17,831 nucleotides of DNA from Candidatus Venteria ishoeyi. Lineage in GTDB: Bacteria > Pseudomonadota > Gammaproteobacteria > Beggiatoales > Beggiatoaceae. How positions within the stretch are numbered: the stretch's first letter is position 1; the number at the start of each line of letters is the position of its first letter. This document shows positions 1-7,335 of this stretch, piece by piece. Below the pieces are notes generated by a model. That model was not told the origin of the DNA and did no database searches. It saw only the letters and a program-made list of their open reading frames with translations. The DNA lies in assembly GCF_030378065.1 (NCBI RefSeq), contig NZ_JAUCGJ010000033.1:1-17831 (forward strand), in the 5' to 3' direction. The position numbers and the translations under genes were made by a program.

Positions 1-141
1 ATTTTTCAAACTTAATCCTATTTTTGAGCAGCAAATTGTGTCTTAAAGTGGTATAAAAACCAAGCTATACTTTGAAAAAGCAATCGCCCAACCTTATGAT
101 AAAGTTTATAATTTTTTGTACGACTACCAGAAAGGGAAAAT

Positions 142-786
142 ATGATGCATAAAATATTATCAATATTCTATTGTCTGGCACTATTGCTACCATTAAACAG
201 CAGTTTCGCCAGAGAAGTGAATATTACCGCAGATCTGCCCAGTATTATCGTAAAACATCAGGGAAAAACGGTTATTATTGAGCGTAGCCAGGATACGATG
301 AATAGCATTATGCCGGATTTTGCATTGACTTCACGGCCTTGTCCACCATTGTGTATCCAACCGATGCAACTGGCCACCGGTGTGGAAACCGTGGCGGAGC
401 TTGAGGTGCTGGATTATCTGCAACGCTGGCATCAGGGTGATGACACGATTTTAGTGGTGGATTCACGGGTTGCGAATCAGTTTAAACGCAGCACCATTCC
501 CGGAACGCTTAATATTCCCTGGACTGCGCTCAGCGGCAGCGCGAATCCGATGGAGATCAGCGAAATTTTAAGTAACCGGTTTAATGTGGTGGAAATGGAA
601 GGTTTATACGACTTCAGTCAGGCAAAAACCTTGGTAATGTTTTGTAATGGCGCATGGTGTGGGCAATCGCCTAATAATATTAAAGTGCTGCTGAAATATG
701 GTTATCCTGCGCATAAGATTAAATGGTATCGTGGTGGTATGCAGGACTGGGAGTCTTTTGGTTTAACCACCGTGAGTGGAAAATAA
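142..786 (+). CDS. Secreted/periplasmic rhodanese-like (sulfurtransferase-fold) domain protein
   Basis: 214-aa ORF with AAGGGA RBS about 6 nt upstream of the ATG. N-terminal signal peptide MMHKILSIFYCLALLLPLNSSFA. C-terminal rhodanese-type catalytic-loop Cys context (MFCNGAWCGQSP) and WYRGGMQDW. Confidence 0.75.
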   Translation: MMHKILSIFYCLALLLPLNSSFAREVNITADLPSIIVKHQGKTVIIERSQDTMNSIMPDFALTSRPCPPLCIQPMQLATGVETVAELEVLDYLQRWHQGDDTILVVDSRVANQFKRSTIPGTLNIPWTALSGSANPMEISEILSNRFNVVEMEGLYDFSQAKTLVMFCNGAWCGQSPNNIKVLLKYGYPAHKIKWYRGGMQDWESFGLTTVSGK

Positions 787-810
787 TAAGCAGAGTTCGA
801 CGCAGACTTC

Positions 811-833
811 TTTCAGCGCATAATGCGCTGAAA
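811..833 (+). terminator. Perfect 23-nt palindrome (TTTCAGCGCAT-A-ATGCGCTGAAA) 25 nt after the rhodanese stop; possible hairpin terminator or attenuator
   Basis: Read directly: 11-bp arms are perfectly complementary. The AAAAA run after the hairpin on the plus strand is not a U-tract, so terminator function is uncertain. Confidence 0.3.
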
Positions 834-970
834 AACGTCTCCGTCTCACGCTGAGTCGTTGTTAGCGTTTACGCTATTTTCTTAAAAAACCTTACACCAA
901 CTTCAAGCTAAGGAGTGAGGATAAAATAAATACAGAAACTGGGCGCAGGATTTTTATTCATTTTCAAGGC

Positions 971-1010
971 GTGAAAACAGGTGCATAGCAAGCTATGTAA
1001 CTGTTTTCAC
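971..1010. promoter_or_regulatory. 40-nt nested palindrome (GTGAAAACAG-gtg-CATAGC-aa-GCTATG-taa-CTGTTTTCAC) about 80 bp upstream of the low-complexity protein gene; candidate operator or 5'-UTR hairpin
   Basis: Outer 10-bp arms and inner 6-bp arms are perfect inverted repeats. It lies in the 306-bp intergenic region between the rhodanese gene and the ORF starting at 1093. Confidence 0.3.
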
Positions 1011-1092
1011 AACGTAGAAAATGGAGAAAAAGACCAGCCAGGTTGCTGAAGTTATAAAATTCTCACTCCTAAGTAGTAGCAGGAGTATTAAA

Positions 1093-2181
1093 ATGATTAA
1101 GCATAAGTATTTATTGATGATTGCCGTATTTGGCACCAGCGCGTTGCCCGAATTGGTCAGTGCATTTAATTTTGGCGATATGATGCCTTTTTTTTCAAAT
1201 AATAATAATAATAACCGCGATGATTATGAGCAACAATATGGTTATCCGCCACATCCTGGTGGGCCTTATGGCTGGGGTGGACCCGGCGCTTATCCACCCG
1301 CTGCTTATGGACAACCCTATGCGCCGCCAGGTTATGCTCACTGGCCCCAACCCCCTCAACCTCAGGGCGCAGGTAGCCGCCCTAACAGCAATACAGCCGG
1401 ACAAGGCAGTAATAATCCGTATGCGCCACCACCACCGCCGCCAGTGATGGATAATGATAATAATGCAACGATTACCCGCCAACATACAATCAGTGGCAGG
1501 CCTGGTAATCAGCAGCATTCATATTCTTATTCGTATAATTATTCCCGTCAGAATCCCGCTCAGCCATTAGTGCGTGGCATGGAAGGGGGGCGCTCCTCCG
1601 GGACTAAGCCTTTAAGCAATGCTGAAGCACCCGCTTATAAACCGGGCGAACGGCCTGCACCAGACAGCTTCAGAAGCCATCGTGGTGGTCGTAGCGGCAT
1701 GGGCATGGGCGCACCTGATTCGCGTTCATCTTATTCCAGAAATTATAGCGGCAGCGGCAGTGGCATGGGTTCAGGTTCCCGTTCCGGTTATTCCCGCAAT
1801 GATGGCGGCATGAGATCATTTCAGCCTTATCCACCCGCATATCCAGGACATCAGGGCGGCATGGAACCCAGCCGTTTTCCAGCTAAGCAAGACCCACGCA
1901 GTAGCGACAATGCAGGCAACGCACCACCTGCCAGTTATTATGCCGGGCCGGGTTACGCGCAATCCGGGCCACCTGCGCAACGTACTCAGCCACCCCAGTC
2001 ACCGACCAGCAGTCGTACAAATACACCGAAAAAGGTACTGAACCCGAACACCGGGCAGGTGGAATATGATTATAAGCCACCTGCCAGCGGCGTATATAAC
2101 GCGCCAACCGGCAGTCAATACGCACCGCCTGCGGGCAGTGCTTTTGTACCGGAGCAAACCTATCCCGGACAATATCAATAA
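1093..2181 (+). CDS. Secreted low-complexity Pro/Gly/Tyr/Ser/Asn-rich protein (intrinsically disordered, FUS-like composition), unknown function
   Basis: I prefer the start at 1093 (MIKHKYLLMIAVFGTSALPELVSA, a classic signal peptide with AXA-like cleavage VSA|F), with AGGAG 7 nt upstream. The six-frame ORF opens at 1021. The rest of the protein is low complexity (YGYPPHPGGPYGWGGPGAYPPAAYGQPYAPPGYAHWPQPPQP, SYSYSYNYS, GSGSGMGSGSRSGYSR) with no recognisable globular domain. Its stop overlaps the next gene's ATG (TAATG). Antisense ORFs here are artefacts of low complexity. Confidence 0.6.
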   Translation: MIKHKYLLMIAVFGTSALPELVSAFNFGDMMPFFSNNNNNNRDDYEQQYGYPPHPGGPYGWGGPGAYPPAAYGQPYAPPGYAHWPQPPQPQGAGSRPNSNTAGQGSNNPYAPPPPPPVMDNDNNATITRQHTISGRPGNQQHSYSYSYNYSRQNPAQPLVRGMEGGRSSGTKPLSNAEAPAYKPGERPAPDSFRSHRGGRSGMGMGAPDSRSSYSRNYSGSGSGMGSGSRSGYSRNDGGMRSFQPYPPAYPGHQGGMEPSRFPAKQDPRSSDNAGNAPPASYYAGPGYAQSGPPAQRTQPPQSPTSSRTNTPKKVLNPNTGQVEYDYKPPASGVYNAPTGSQYAPPAGSAFVPEQTYPGQYQ

Positions 2182-2699
2182 TGAGTTATATCCAACGCAA
2201 GGCCATCTATCAGGGTCACATCGTTGATGTGGGTCTGGAAACTTTTCAACCGGAAGGTCATGAGCCGTTTGAATTTGAAATTGTGCGTCATCCCGGTGGG
2301 GCGGCAGTGGTCGCCTTAAATGAACAAAATCAGGTGTGTTTATTGCGCCAGTATCGTCCAGCGGTAAATGGCTGGATTTGGGAGATTCCCGCAGGTAAAA
2401 TTGATTTTGAAGAACCACCACGGCAAACAGCAGAACGCGAACTGCAAGAAGAAGTCGGTTTACAGGCGAATGACTGGGATGACTTGGGGGATATGTTCAG
2501 TTCCCCCGGTTTTTGTAATGAGATAGTCTCCTTATATCTTGCCAGAACGCTGACCCAAGGCGCGCACAACCGTGAGCCACATGAGTTGATGGAAGTGCAT
2601 TGGGTTGATTTCAGCACCGCGCTGGAATGGGCGCAAAGCAATAAAATACGTGATGCTAAAACAGTGATTGCTTTATACCGGAGTCAGGCTTTGCTTTGA
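2181..2699 (+). CDS. Nudix hydrolase (ADP-ribose pyrophosphatase-like)
   Basis: 172 aa. Nudix box GKIDFEEPPRQTAERELQEEVGL (GX5EX7REUXEEXGU pattern). Start overlaps the upstream stop, implying translational coupling. Confidence 0.85.
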   Translation: MSYIQRKAIYQGHIVDVGLETFQPEGHEPFEFEIVRHPGGAAVVALNEQNQVCLLRQYRPAVNGWIWEIPAGKIDFEEPPRQTAERELQEEVGLQANDWDDLGDMFSSPGFCNEIVSLYLARTLTQGAHNREPHELMEVHWVDFSTALEWAQSNKIRDAKTVIALYRSQALL

Positions 2700-2797
2700 G
2701 TATCATTTAAACTGTGACAGACTCCTCGCGCACGCATTGACGTTTTTTGGATTTATCCTGTTCTGTCAACATTTCACTCAAACAAGGATGTTTTATT

Positions 2798-3673
2798 ATG
2801 ATTCGCAGCATGACCGCTTTTGCCCGTATCAGCACCCAGACACAATGGGGCGAAGTTTGCTGGGAATTACGCGCAGTGAATCACCGTTATCTGGAAATCA
2901 GCCCACGTTTGCCTGAAGAATTTCGGGTACTGGAAACCCGTTTGCGCGAGCGGATTGCGCAATTATTAAAACGTGGCAAACTCGATTGTACCTTGCGCTT
3001 TCAAACCGATACCGCAACCGTTGGTTTTCGCTTAAATCATACCCTGGTGCAACAGCTATTAACCGTCAGTACGGAATTGGCAGTGCTCAGTGACAACCCA
3101 CAAAAACTATCCGCGCTGGATTTGCTGAACTGGGCGGGCGTGCTTGAAGTGCCTGCCCCGGATATGGATAGCCTTAGCACACCAATTATGGCAACCCTGG
3201 ATAAGGCATTGCAGCAATTGCTCGCACATCGTGAGCGTGAAGGTGCGCAGATTCTGCGTATGATAGAACAGCGTTGTGAGGCTGTTACCCAGGAAATCAG
3301 CAAGGTTCGCGCCCAGTTACCGGAAATTATTAAAAGGCAACGGGAACGCACCAAAGCGCGTTTAAGTGAACTGGAACAAAACCTCGTCCAGGAACGCAAT
3401 CTTGATCGTCTGGAACAGGAAATGGTGTTTCTGGCGCAAAAAATTGATGTGGCAGAAGAACTGGATCGGCTGGATGCGCATGTTTTAGAAGTGCAGCAAA
3501 CCCTGAAAAGTGACAAAGCCATCGGGCGGCGGCTGGATTTCCTGATGCAGGAACTCAACCGCGAAGCCAATACCCTGGCTTCAAAATCCATTGACACGCG
3601 CACAACAATGGCCTCAGTCAATCTTAAGGTGCTGATTGAACAAATGCGGGAACAGGTTCAGAATATTGAGTAG
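2798..3673 (+). CDS. yicC: YicC-family stress-induced protein (YicC N- and C-terminal domains)
   Basis: Internal start MIRSMTAFAR is the canonical YicC N-terminus, with AAGGAT RBS upstream. About 291 aa, typical for the family. Coiled-coil-rich C-terminal half ending ...KVLIEQMREQVQNIE as in YicC. Confidence 0.88.
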   Translation: MIRSMTAFARISTQTQWGEVCWELRAVNHRYLEISPRLPEEFRVLETRLRERIAQLLKRGKLDCTLRFQTDTATVGFRLNHTLVQQLLTVSTELAVLSDNPQKLSALDLLNWAGVLEVPAPDMDSLSTPIMATLDKALQQLLAHREREGAQILRMIEQRCEAVTQEISKVRAQLPEIIKRQRERTKARLSELEQNLVQERNLDRLEQEMVFLAQKIDVAEELDRLDAHVLEVQQTLKSDKAIGRRLDFLMQELNREANTLASKSIDTRTTMASVNLKVLIEQMREQVQNIE

Positions 3674-3785
3674 TCAGGCCTCACAATCAAACAGAGAAGA
3701 GACTATAAGTATATTTTATAGCATGAGAATACTTGGTATGCGATAATAATAATGACCACATAATAAATTTGTAACGGAGAAAATC

Positions 3786-4082
3786 ATGGAAATCAGGTGC
3801 TTAATTAGAAGCGATGGCAATATATACGTTGCTATGAGCCTAGATTTTGGGTTAGCCGCACAAGCAGAAAGCATCGCCGCTGCAAAAGGTAAACTTGAAG
3901 CGCAAATCGAAGAGTATATCCGTGAGGCTTGCGAGCAAGATTCAGCATATAAAAGCAAGCTATTAGCCAGAAAAGGTCCGTTTAGTTGGTTCATAATCTA
4001 CTACTTGGCAAAACTGCACATAAAAAGCAGAGAAATACTCGCGTTCACTGAAAGAAAGCCAACTTGCATTGGACATGCGTGA
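3786..4082 (+). CDS. hicB: HicB-like antitoxin (N-terminal RNase-H-like HicB domain; atypical C-terminal tail)
   Basis: GGAGA RBS. Residues 1-50 (IRSDGNIYVAMSLDFGLAAQAESIAAAKGKLEAQIEEYIREA) fit the HicB_lk_antitox pattern (..GYvA.vpdlPGcxtqGeTxEEAxxnxxEAIelxLE). The gene sits in an AT-rich islet immediately upstream of a HicA-like ORF. The C-terminal 40 aa are not recognisable and may be degenerate. Confidence 0.5.
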   Translation: MEIRCLIRSDGNIYVAMSLDFGLAAQAESIAAAKGKLEAQIEEYIREACEQDSAYKSKLLARKGPFSWFIIYYLAKLHIKSREILAFTERKPTCIGHA

Positions 4083-4091
4083 GCGACTTAG

Positions 4092-4373
4092 ATGTTCTTT
4101 AGAAAAATTCCATCTCTCACATATAGGGATGTAATTAAAGGCTTGAAAAAACTTGGTTTTGAAAAGAGAAAAAATAAATCCACTGCGCATGAGCAATGGG
4201 TTGCAAATGATCCATTTAGGAAGGTTACTGTAGATAAACACATTGCCCCATTCTCAGAATTCCTCATAAAATCAATGGCGAAACAGGCCGGGGTTTCGAC
4301 AAACGAGTTTTGTAGTCTATGTAAAAATAAGAAATATAAACCATCTACCACGCCATCCCCTGAATCTGAATAA
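4092..4373 (+). CDS. hicA: HicA-family mRNA-interferase toxin (YcfA-like)
   Basis: 93 aa. LTYRDVIKGLKKLGFEKRKNKSTAHEQWVANDPFRKVTVDKHIAPFSEFLIKSMAKQAGVSTNEF matches the HicA consensus (kelikllekdGwelvrqkGSHhxfxhpdxxxvtvPxHxxkdlkxgtlksilkqagl), including the His of the GSHH region. It lies 9 bp downstream of the HicB-like ORF. AT-rich context. Confidence 0.6.
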   Translation: MFFRKIPSLTYRDVIKGLKKLGFEKRKNKSTAHEQWVANDPFRKVTVDKHIAPFSEFLIKSMAKQAGVSTNEFCSLCKNKKYKPSTTPSPESE

Positions 4374-4424
4374 CCCTCGCTCAAATAATACTTCTAAATC
4401 AAGCCTGACAAGATGCTGTAGCCA

Positions 4425-4451
4425 CTCCAAAACCGTGATGTGGTTTTGGAG
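4425..4451 (+). terminator. Hairpin CTCCAAAACC-gtgatgt-GGTTTTGGAG downstream of hicA-like gene
   Basis: Perfect 10-bp inverted repeat with 7-nt loop, about 50 nt after the stop at 4373. No clear U-tract follows, so it is a weak intrinsic-terminator candidate. Confidence 0.25.
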
Positions 4452-4599
4452 CGATGAGCTTAGTCGGTATGTGGATTTGACTCAGGAACAGGAAATAAAG
4501 CACTTATAGACTTTCAGACAATTAATTTCCTATGGTTCTTAAAATGCTCCTTTATGGTTTGAACCAGAAAGAATCTCAATTATTATTTCAGGAGGACGT

Positions 4600-6426
4600 A
4601 TGTGTGGCATAGTCGGCGCTGTTGCAGAACGGGATGTTGTTCCAATTTTACTTGAAGGTCTGCGAAGACTGGAATACCGGGGTTATGACTCCGCAGGACT
4701 GGCTGTTATCAGCGAGGGCCAGTTGCAACGGCAACGGGTCAGTGGCAAGGTGCAGGGATTGAGTGATGTGCTGCAAAAGCAACCACTACGCGCCAGCACC
4801 GGCATCGCCCACACGCGCTGGGCCACCCACGGCAAACCCAGTAACGCCAATGCCCACCCGCATATCGCGCAATCAATTGCGGTGGTGCATAACGGTATTA
4901 TCGAAAACTACCGGGAATTAAGAGCGCAGCAGCAGGCGCGTGGTGTGGTGTTCAGCTCAGAAACCGATACCGAAGTGATCGTCCACCAAATTCATTATTA
5001 CAGCCAACAGGGTCAGGATTTACTGCAAGCCGTACAAAGCACACTGCAAGACTTAGAGGGCGCTTATGCCTTGGGTGTCATCAGCCAGGAGGAGCCGGGG
5101 CGTTTGATTGCCACCCGTTGCGGCAGCCCTTTAGTGATTGGCGTGGGCATTGGCGAGCATTTTATCGCCTCGGATGTGGCGGCTTTATTACCCGTCACCC
5201 AGCGCGTGCTGTTTCTGGAAGAAGGCGACATTGCCGATATTCAGCAAAATGATTTTGTATTATACGATGCAGCCGGACAAAATATCAGTCGTAAAATACA
5301 TACCAGCACTCTACAGGCTGATGCCGTAGAGCGTGGTGAATACCGCCATTACATGCTCAAGGAAATTTACGAGCAGAGCCGCGCCGCCGCCGATACCCTG
5401 GATGGACGTTTGAGCCAGGATCATGTACTGGAAGCGGCTTTAGGCCCCCAGGCTGAAAAACTGCTGGAAAATATTCAGGCAATACAAATCATTGCCTGTG
5501 GCACCAGCTATCATGCCGGCATGGTGGCGCGCTACTGGCTGGAAAGTATTGCCAAAATCCCCTGTAATGTAGAAGTTGCCAGTGAATTTCGTTATCGCAA
5601 TCCACTTGCCAGCCCCAACACGCTGGTGGTAACAATATCCCAATCCGGTGAAACCGCTGACACCCTCGCGGCCTTAAAAGAAACTCAGCGCCTGGGATTT
5701 GGCCCCAGTCTGAGTATTTGTAATGTACCGGAAAGCGCGTTGGTACGTGCATCTGATCTGGTCTTGATGACCCGCGCAGGCCCGGAAATCGGCGTGGCCT
5801 CCACCAAGGCCTTCACCACTCAATTGATTGCCTTATTGCTACTGACATTGATTATTGCCAAACGGCGCGGCCTGGAAGCGGCGGAAGAAACCCGCATCGT
5901 ACACAACCTGCAACAATTGCCGACCTTAATCAATCATGCCTTACAACTCGATGAGCGTATTGAAGCACTGGCGGAACAATTTGCCGATAAACACCACGCC
6001 TTGTTTTTAGGCCGTGGCATTCATTACCCGATTGCCATGGAAGGCGCGCTGAAACTCAAGGAAATTTCCTATATTCACGCTGAAGCCTATCCTGCCGGAG
6101 AACTCAAACACGGCCCCTTGGCCCTGGTTGATAATAATATGCCGGTGGTTGCCGTTGCCCCCAATGATGCGTTGCAGGCAAAACTGAAATCCAATTTACA
6201 AGAAGTGGAAGCGCGTGGTGGAGAAATGCTGATTTTTGCCAATCACCAGGGATTTTTAGAAAACCTGGAAAATGTGCAAGTGATAGAACTGGGTGAAATT
6301 GATGACATCATCTCACCGATTATTTACACCATCCCCCTGCAATTATTATCCTATCATGTCGCCTTGATCAAAGGCACAGATGTGGATCAGCCGCGTAATC
6401 TGGCAAAATCTGTGACGGTGGAATGA
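4600..6426 (+). CDS. glmS: Glutamine--fructose-6-phosphate aminotransferase (isomerising)
   Basis: 608 aa. N-terminal MCGIVGAV with catalytic Cys2 of class-II glutamine amidotransferases. Two SIS domains. C-terminal ...KSVTVE. GGAGG RBS. Confidence 0.97.
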   Translation: MCGIVGAVAERDVVPILLEGLRRLEYRGYDSAGLAVISEGQLQRQRVSGKVQGLSDVLQKQPLRASTGIAHTRWATHGKPSNANAHPHIAQSIAVVHNGIIENYRELRAQQQARGVVFSSETDTEVIVHQIHYYSQQGQDLLQAVQSTLQDLEGAYALGVISQEEPGRLIATRCGSPLVIGVGIGEHFIASDVAALLPVTQRVLFLEEGDIADIQQNDFVLYDAAGQNISRKIHTSTLQADAVERGEYRHYMLKEIYEQSRAAADTLDGRLSQDHVLEAALGPQAEKLLENIQAIQIIACGTSYHAGMVARYWLESIAKIPCNVEVASEFRYRNPLASPNTLVVTISQSGETADTLAALKETQRLGFGPSLSICNVPESALVRASDLVLMTRAGPEIGVASTKAFTTQLIALLLLTLIIAKRRGLEAAEETRIVHNLQQLPTLINHALQLDERIEALAEQFADKHHALFLGRGIHYPIAMEGALKLKEISYIHAEAYPAGELKHGPLALVDNNMPVVAVAPNDALQAKLKSNLQEVEARGGEMLIFANHQGFLENLENVQVIELGEIDDIISPIIYTIPLQLLSYHVALIKGTDVDQPRNLAKSVTVE

Positions 6427-6466
6427 GCATCAGTTATCACTCGCTGTTTAACAGGCAATAGAATAG

Positions 6467-7093
6467 ATGTATTTAACAATTCTTCGACATGGTGAAACCG
6501 ACTGGAATGCCACAGGTCGGATTCAGGGACAGCAAGATGTTGTGCTGAATCAACGGGGTATCCAACAAGCTCAGGCAGCGGCTGCCTATCTCAAAGCGCA
6601 ACAGGTTGATGCTTTATATAGTAGTGATTTGCGCCGCGCCCTGGAATCAGCCCAGCCCTTGAGTCAGCAATGGCAACTGAAAATCCGTCCATTGCCTGAA
6701 TTACGGGAGTGGAAACTGGGGATTTTGGAAGGCTTGTTAAGGACGGAAGCCGCGCAACAATATCCCCAGGTCTATCCGGTGTATGATGAGCAACAAGCTG
6801 ATGGCCTTATCCCCGGCGGTGAAACTATTCGCCAACGATACCAACGCGCAATCAACTGTATTGAGCAACTGAGTAAGCACCACCCAAATGAACACGTATT
6901 AATTGTGACGCATGGGGGAATTTTGGATAACTGGTATCGTTATGTTCACCAGATTCCATTAGAGCAAGCGCGGGACTGGGTACTGCATAATGCGGGTATC
7001 AGTCAATTTCAAAAAATTGGGCAGCAGTGGCAGACCTTATCCTGGAGCCAGACTGAGCATTTGCAGGAAATAGGGGCTATGGCTTATTGGTGA
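6467..7093 (+). CDS. Histidine phosphatase family protein (phosphoglycerate mutase-like, GpmB/SixA-type)
   Basis: 208 aa. N-terminal LRHGETDWN (RHG catalytic motif). Downstream DLRRALESA and VTHGG motifs typical of the histidine phosphatase superfamily. Confidence 0.8.
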   Translation: MYLTILRHGETDWNATGRIQGQQDVVLNQRGIQQAQAAAAYLKAQQVDALYSSDLRRALESAQPLSQQWQLKIRPLPELREWKLGILEGLLRTEAAQQYPQVYPVYDEQQADGLIPGGETIRQRYQRAINCIEQLSKHHPNEHVLIVTHGGILDNWYRYVHQIPLEQARDWVLHNAGISQFQKIGQQWQTLSWSQTEHLQEIGAMAYW

Positions 7094-7185
7094 GCCTGGA
7101 AAATATTTACTCACTCCAAGCCCAGTTCTGCCAACGGCGCGTAATCTTCAGGCAGTCTCAAGTTCAGGTTCAAAGTCTCAGCTTT

Positions 7186-7219
7186 ACGGATAACACCCCT
7201 TCGGAGGGGTGTTATCCGT
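7186..7219. terminator. Bidirectional rho-independent terminator hairpin between convergent genes
   Basis: Perfect 15-bp stem AC(GGATAACACCCCT) / (AGGGGTGTTATCC)GT with a TCGG tetraloop and GC-rich stem base. T-run follows on the plus strand. It lies 92 nt after the plus-strand stop at 7093 and 117 nt after the minus-strand stop at 7336. Confidence 0.55.
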
Positions 7220-7335
7220 TTCCCAGGTTCCTACGCGGGAATACTCCAGCACGGTAGGGCGCATAAGCTTCAGCGTCATGCGCCATATGTGGTGCCAAAC
7301 CAAAATGGCGAATGCTACACTTCCCCTCTAGACAA

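Noticed and set aside
1021-1092. Upstream extension of the low-complexity protein ORF (start at 1021, MEKKTSQVAEVIKF...)
   Set aside because: The extension would bury the signal peptide internally. The ATG at 1093 has an AGGAG RBS and begins a textbook signal peptide.
1195-2421. Antisense and alternative-frame ORFs (1195..1518 -, 1220..1447 +, 1619..1813 +, 1883..2125 -, 1999..2421 -) overlapping the low-complexity protein gene
   Set aside because: They are by-products of repetitive GC-rich low-complexity DNA. They have no RBS, no signal peptide and no domain. The 1093..2181 frame has a signal peptide, an RBS and translational coupling to the Nudix gene.
2668-2916. 82-aa ORF overlapping the yicC start, and the long ORF start at 2747 (MDLSCSVNISLKQGCFIMIRS...)
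   Set aside because: The YicC family begins MIRSMTAFAR. The internal ATG at 2798 with an AAGGAT RBS is the real start, and the 2668 ORF is out of frame with no support.
3037-3621. 194-aa antisense ORF inside yicC
   Set aside because: Ser/Arg/Cys-rich translation typical of an antisense frame of a coiled-coil gene. The sense frame is a clear YicC.
3716-4384. Minus-strand ORFs 3716..3994, 3963..4241 and 4088..4384 in the AT-rich islet
   Set aside because: AT-rich DNA gives open frames easily. The plus-strand ORFs have RBSs and HicB/HicA family similarity, and the minus-strand ones have neither.
5138-5752. Small ORFs inside glmS on both strands
   Set aside because: Embedded in a highly conserved, unambiguous glmS reading frame.
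6427-6466. Possible Tn7-like insertion at the attTn7 site downstream of glmS
   Set aside because: Only a 40-bp intergenic gap separates glmS from the next housekeeping-type gene. No transposon ends or tns genes are present.
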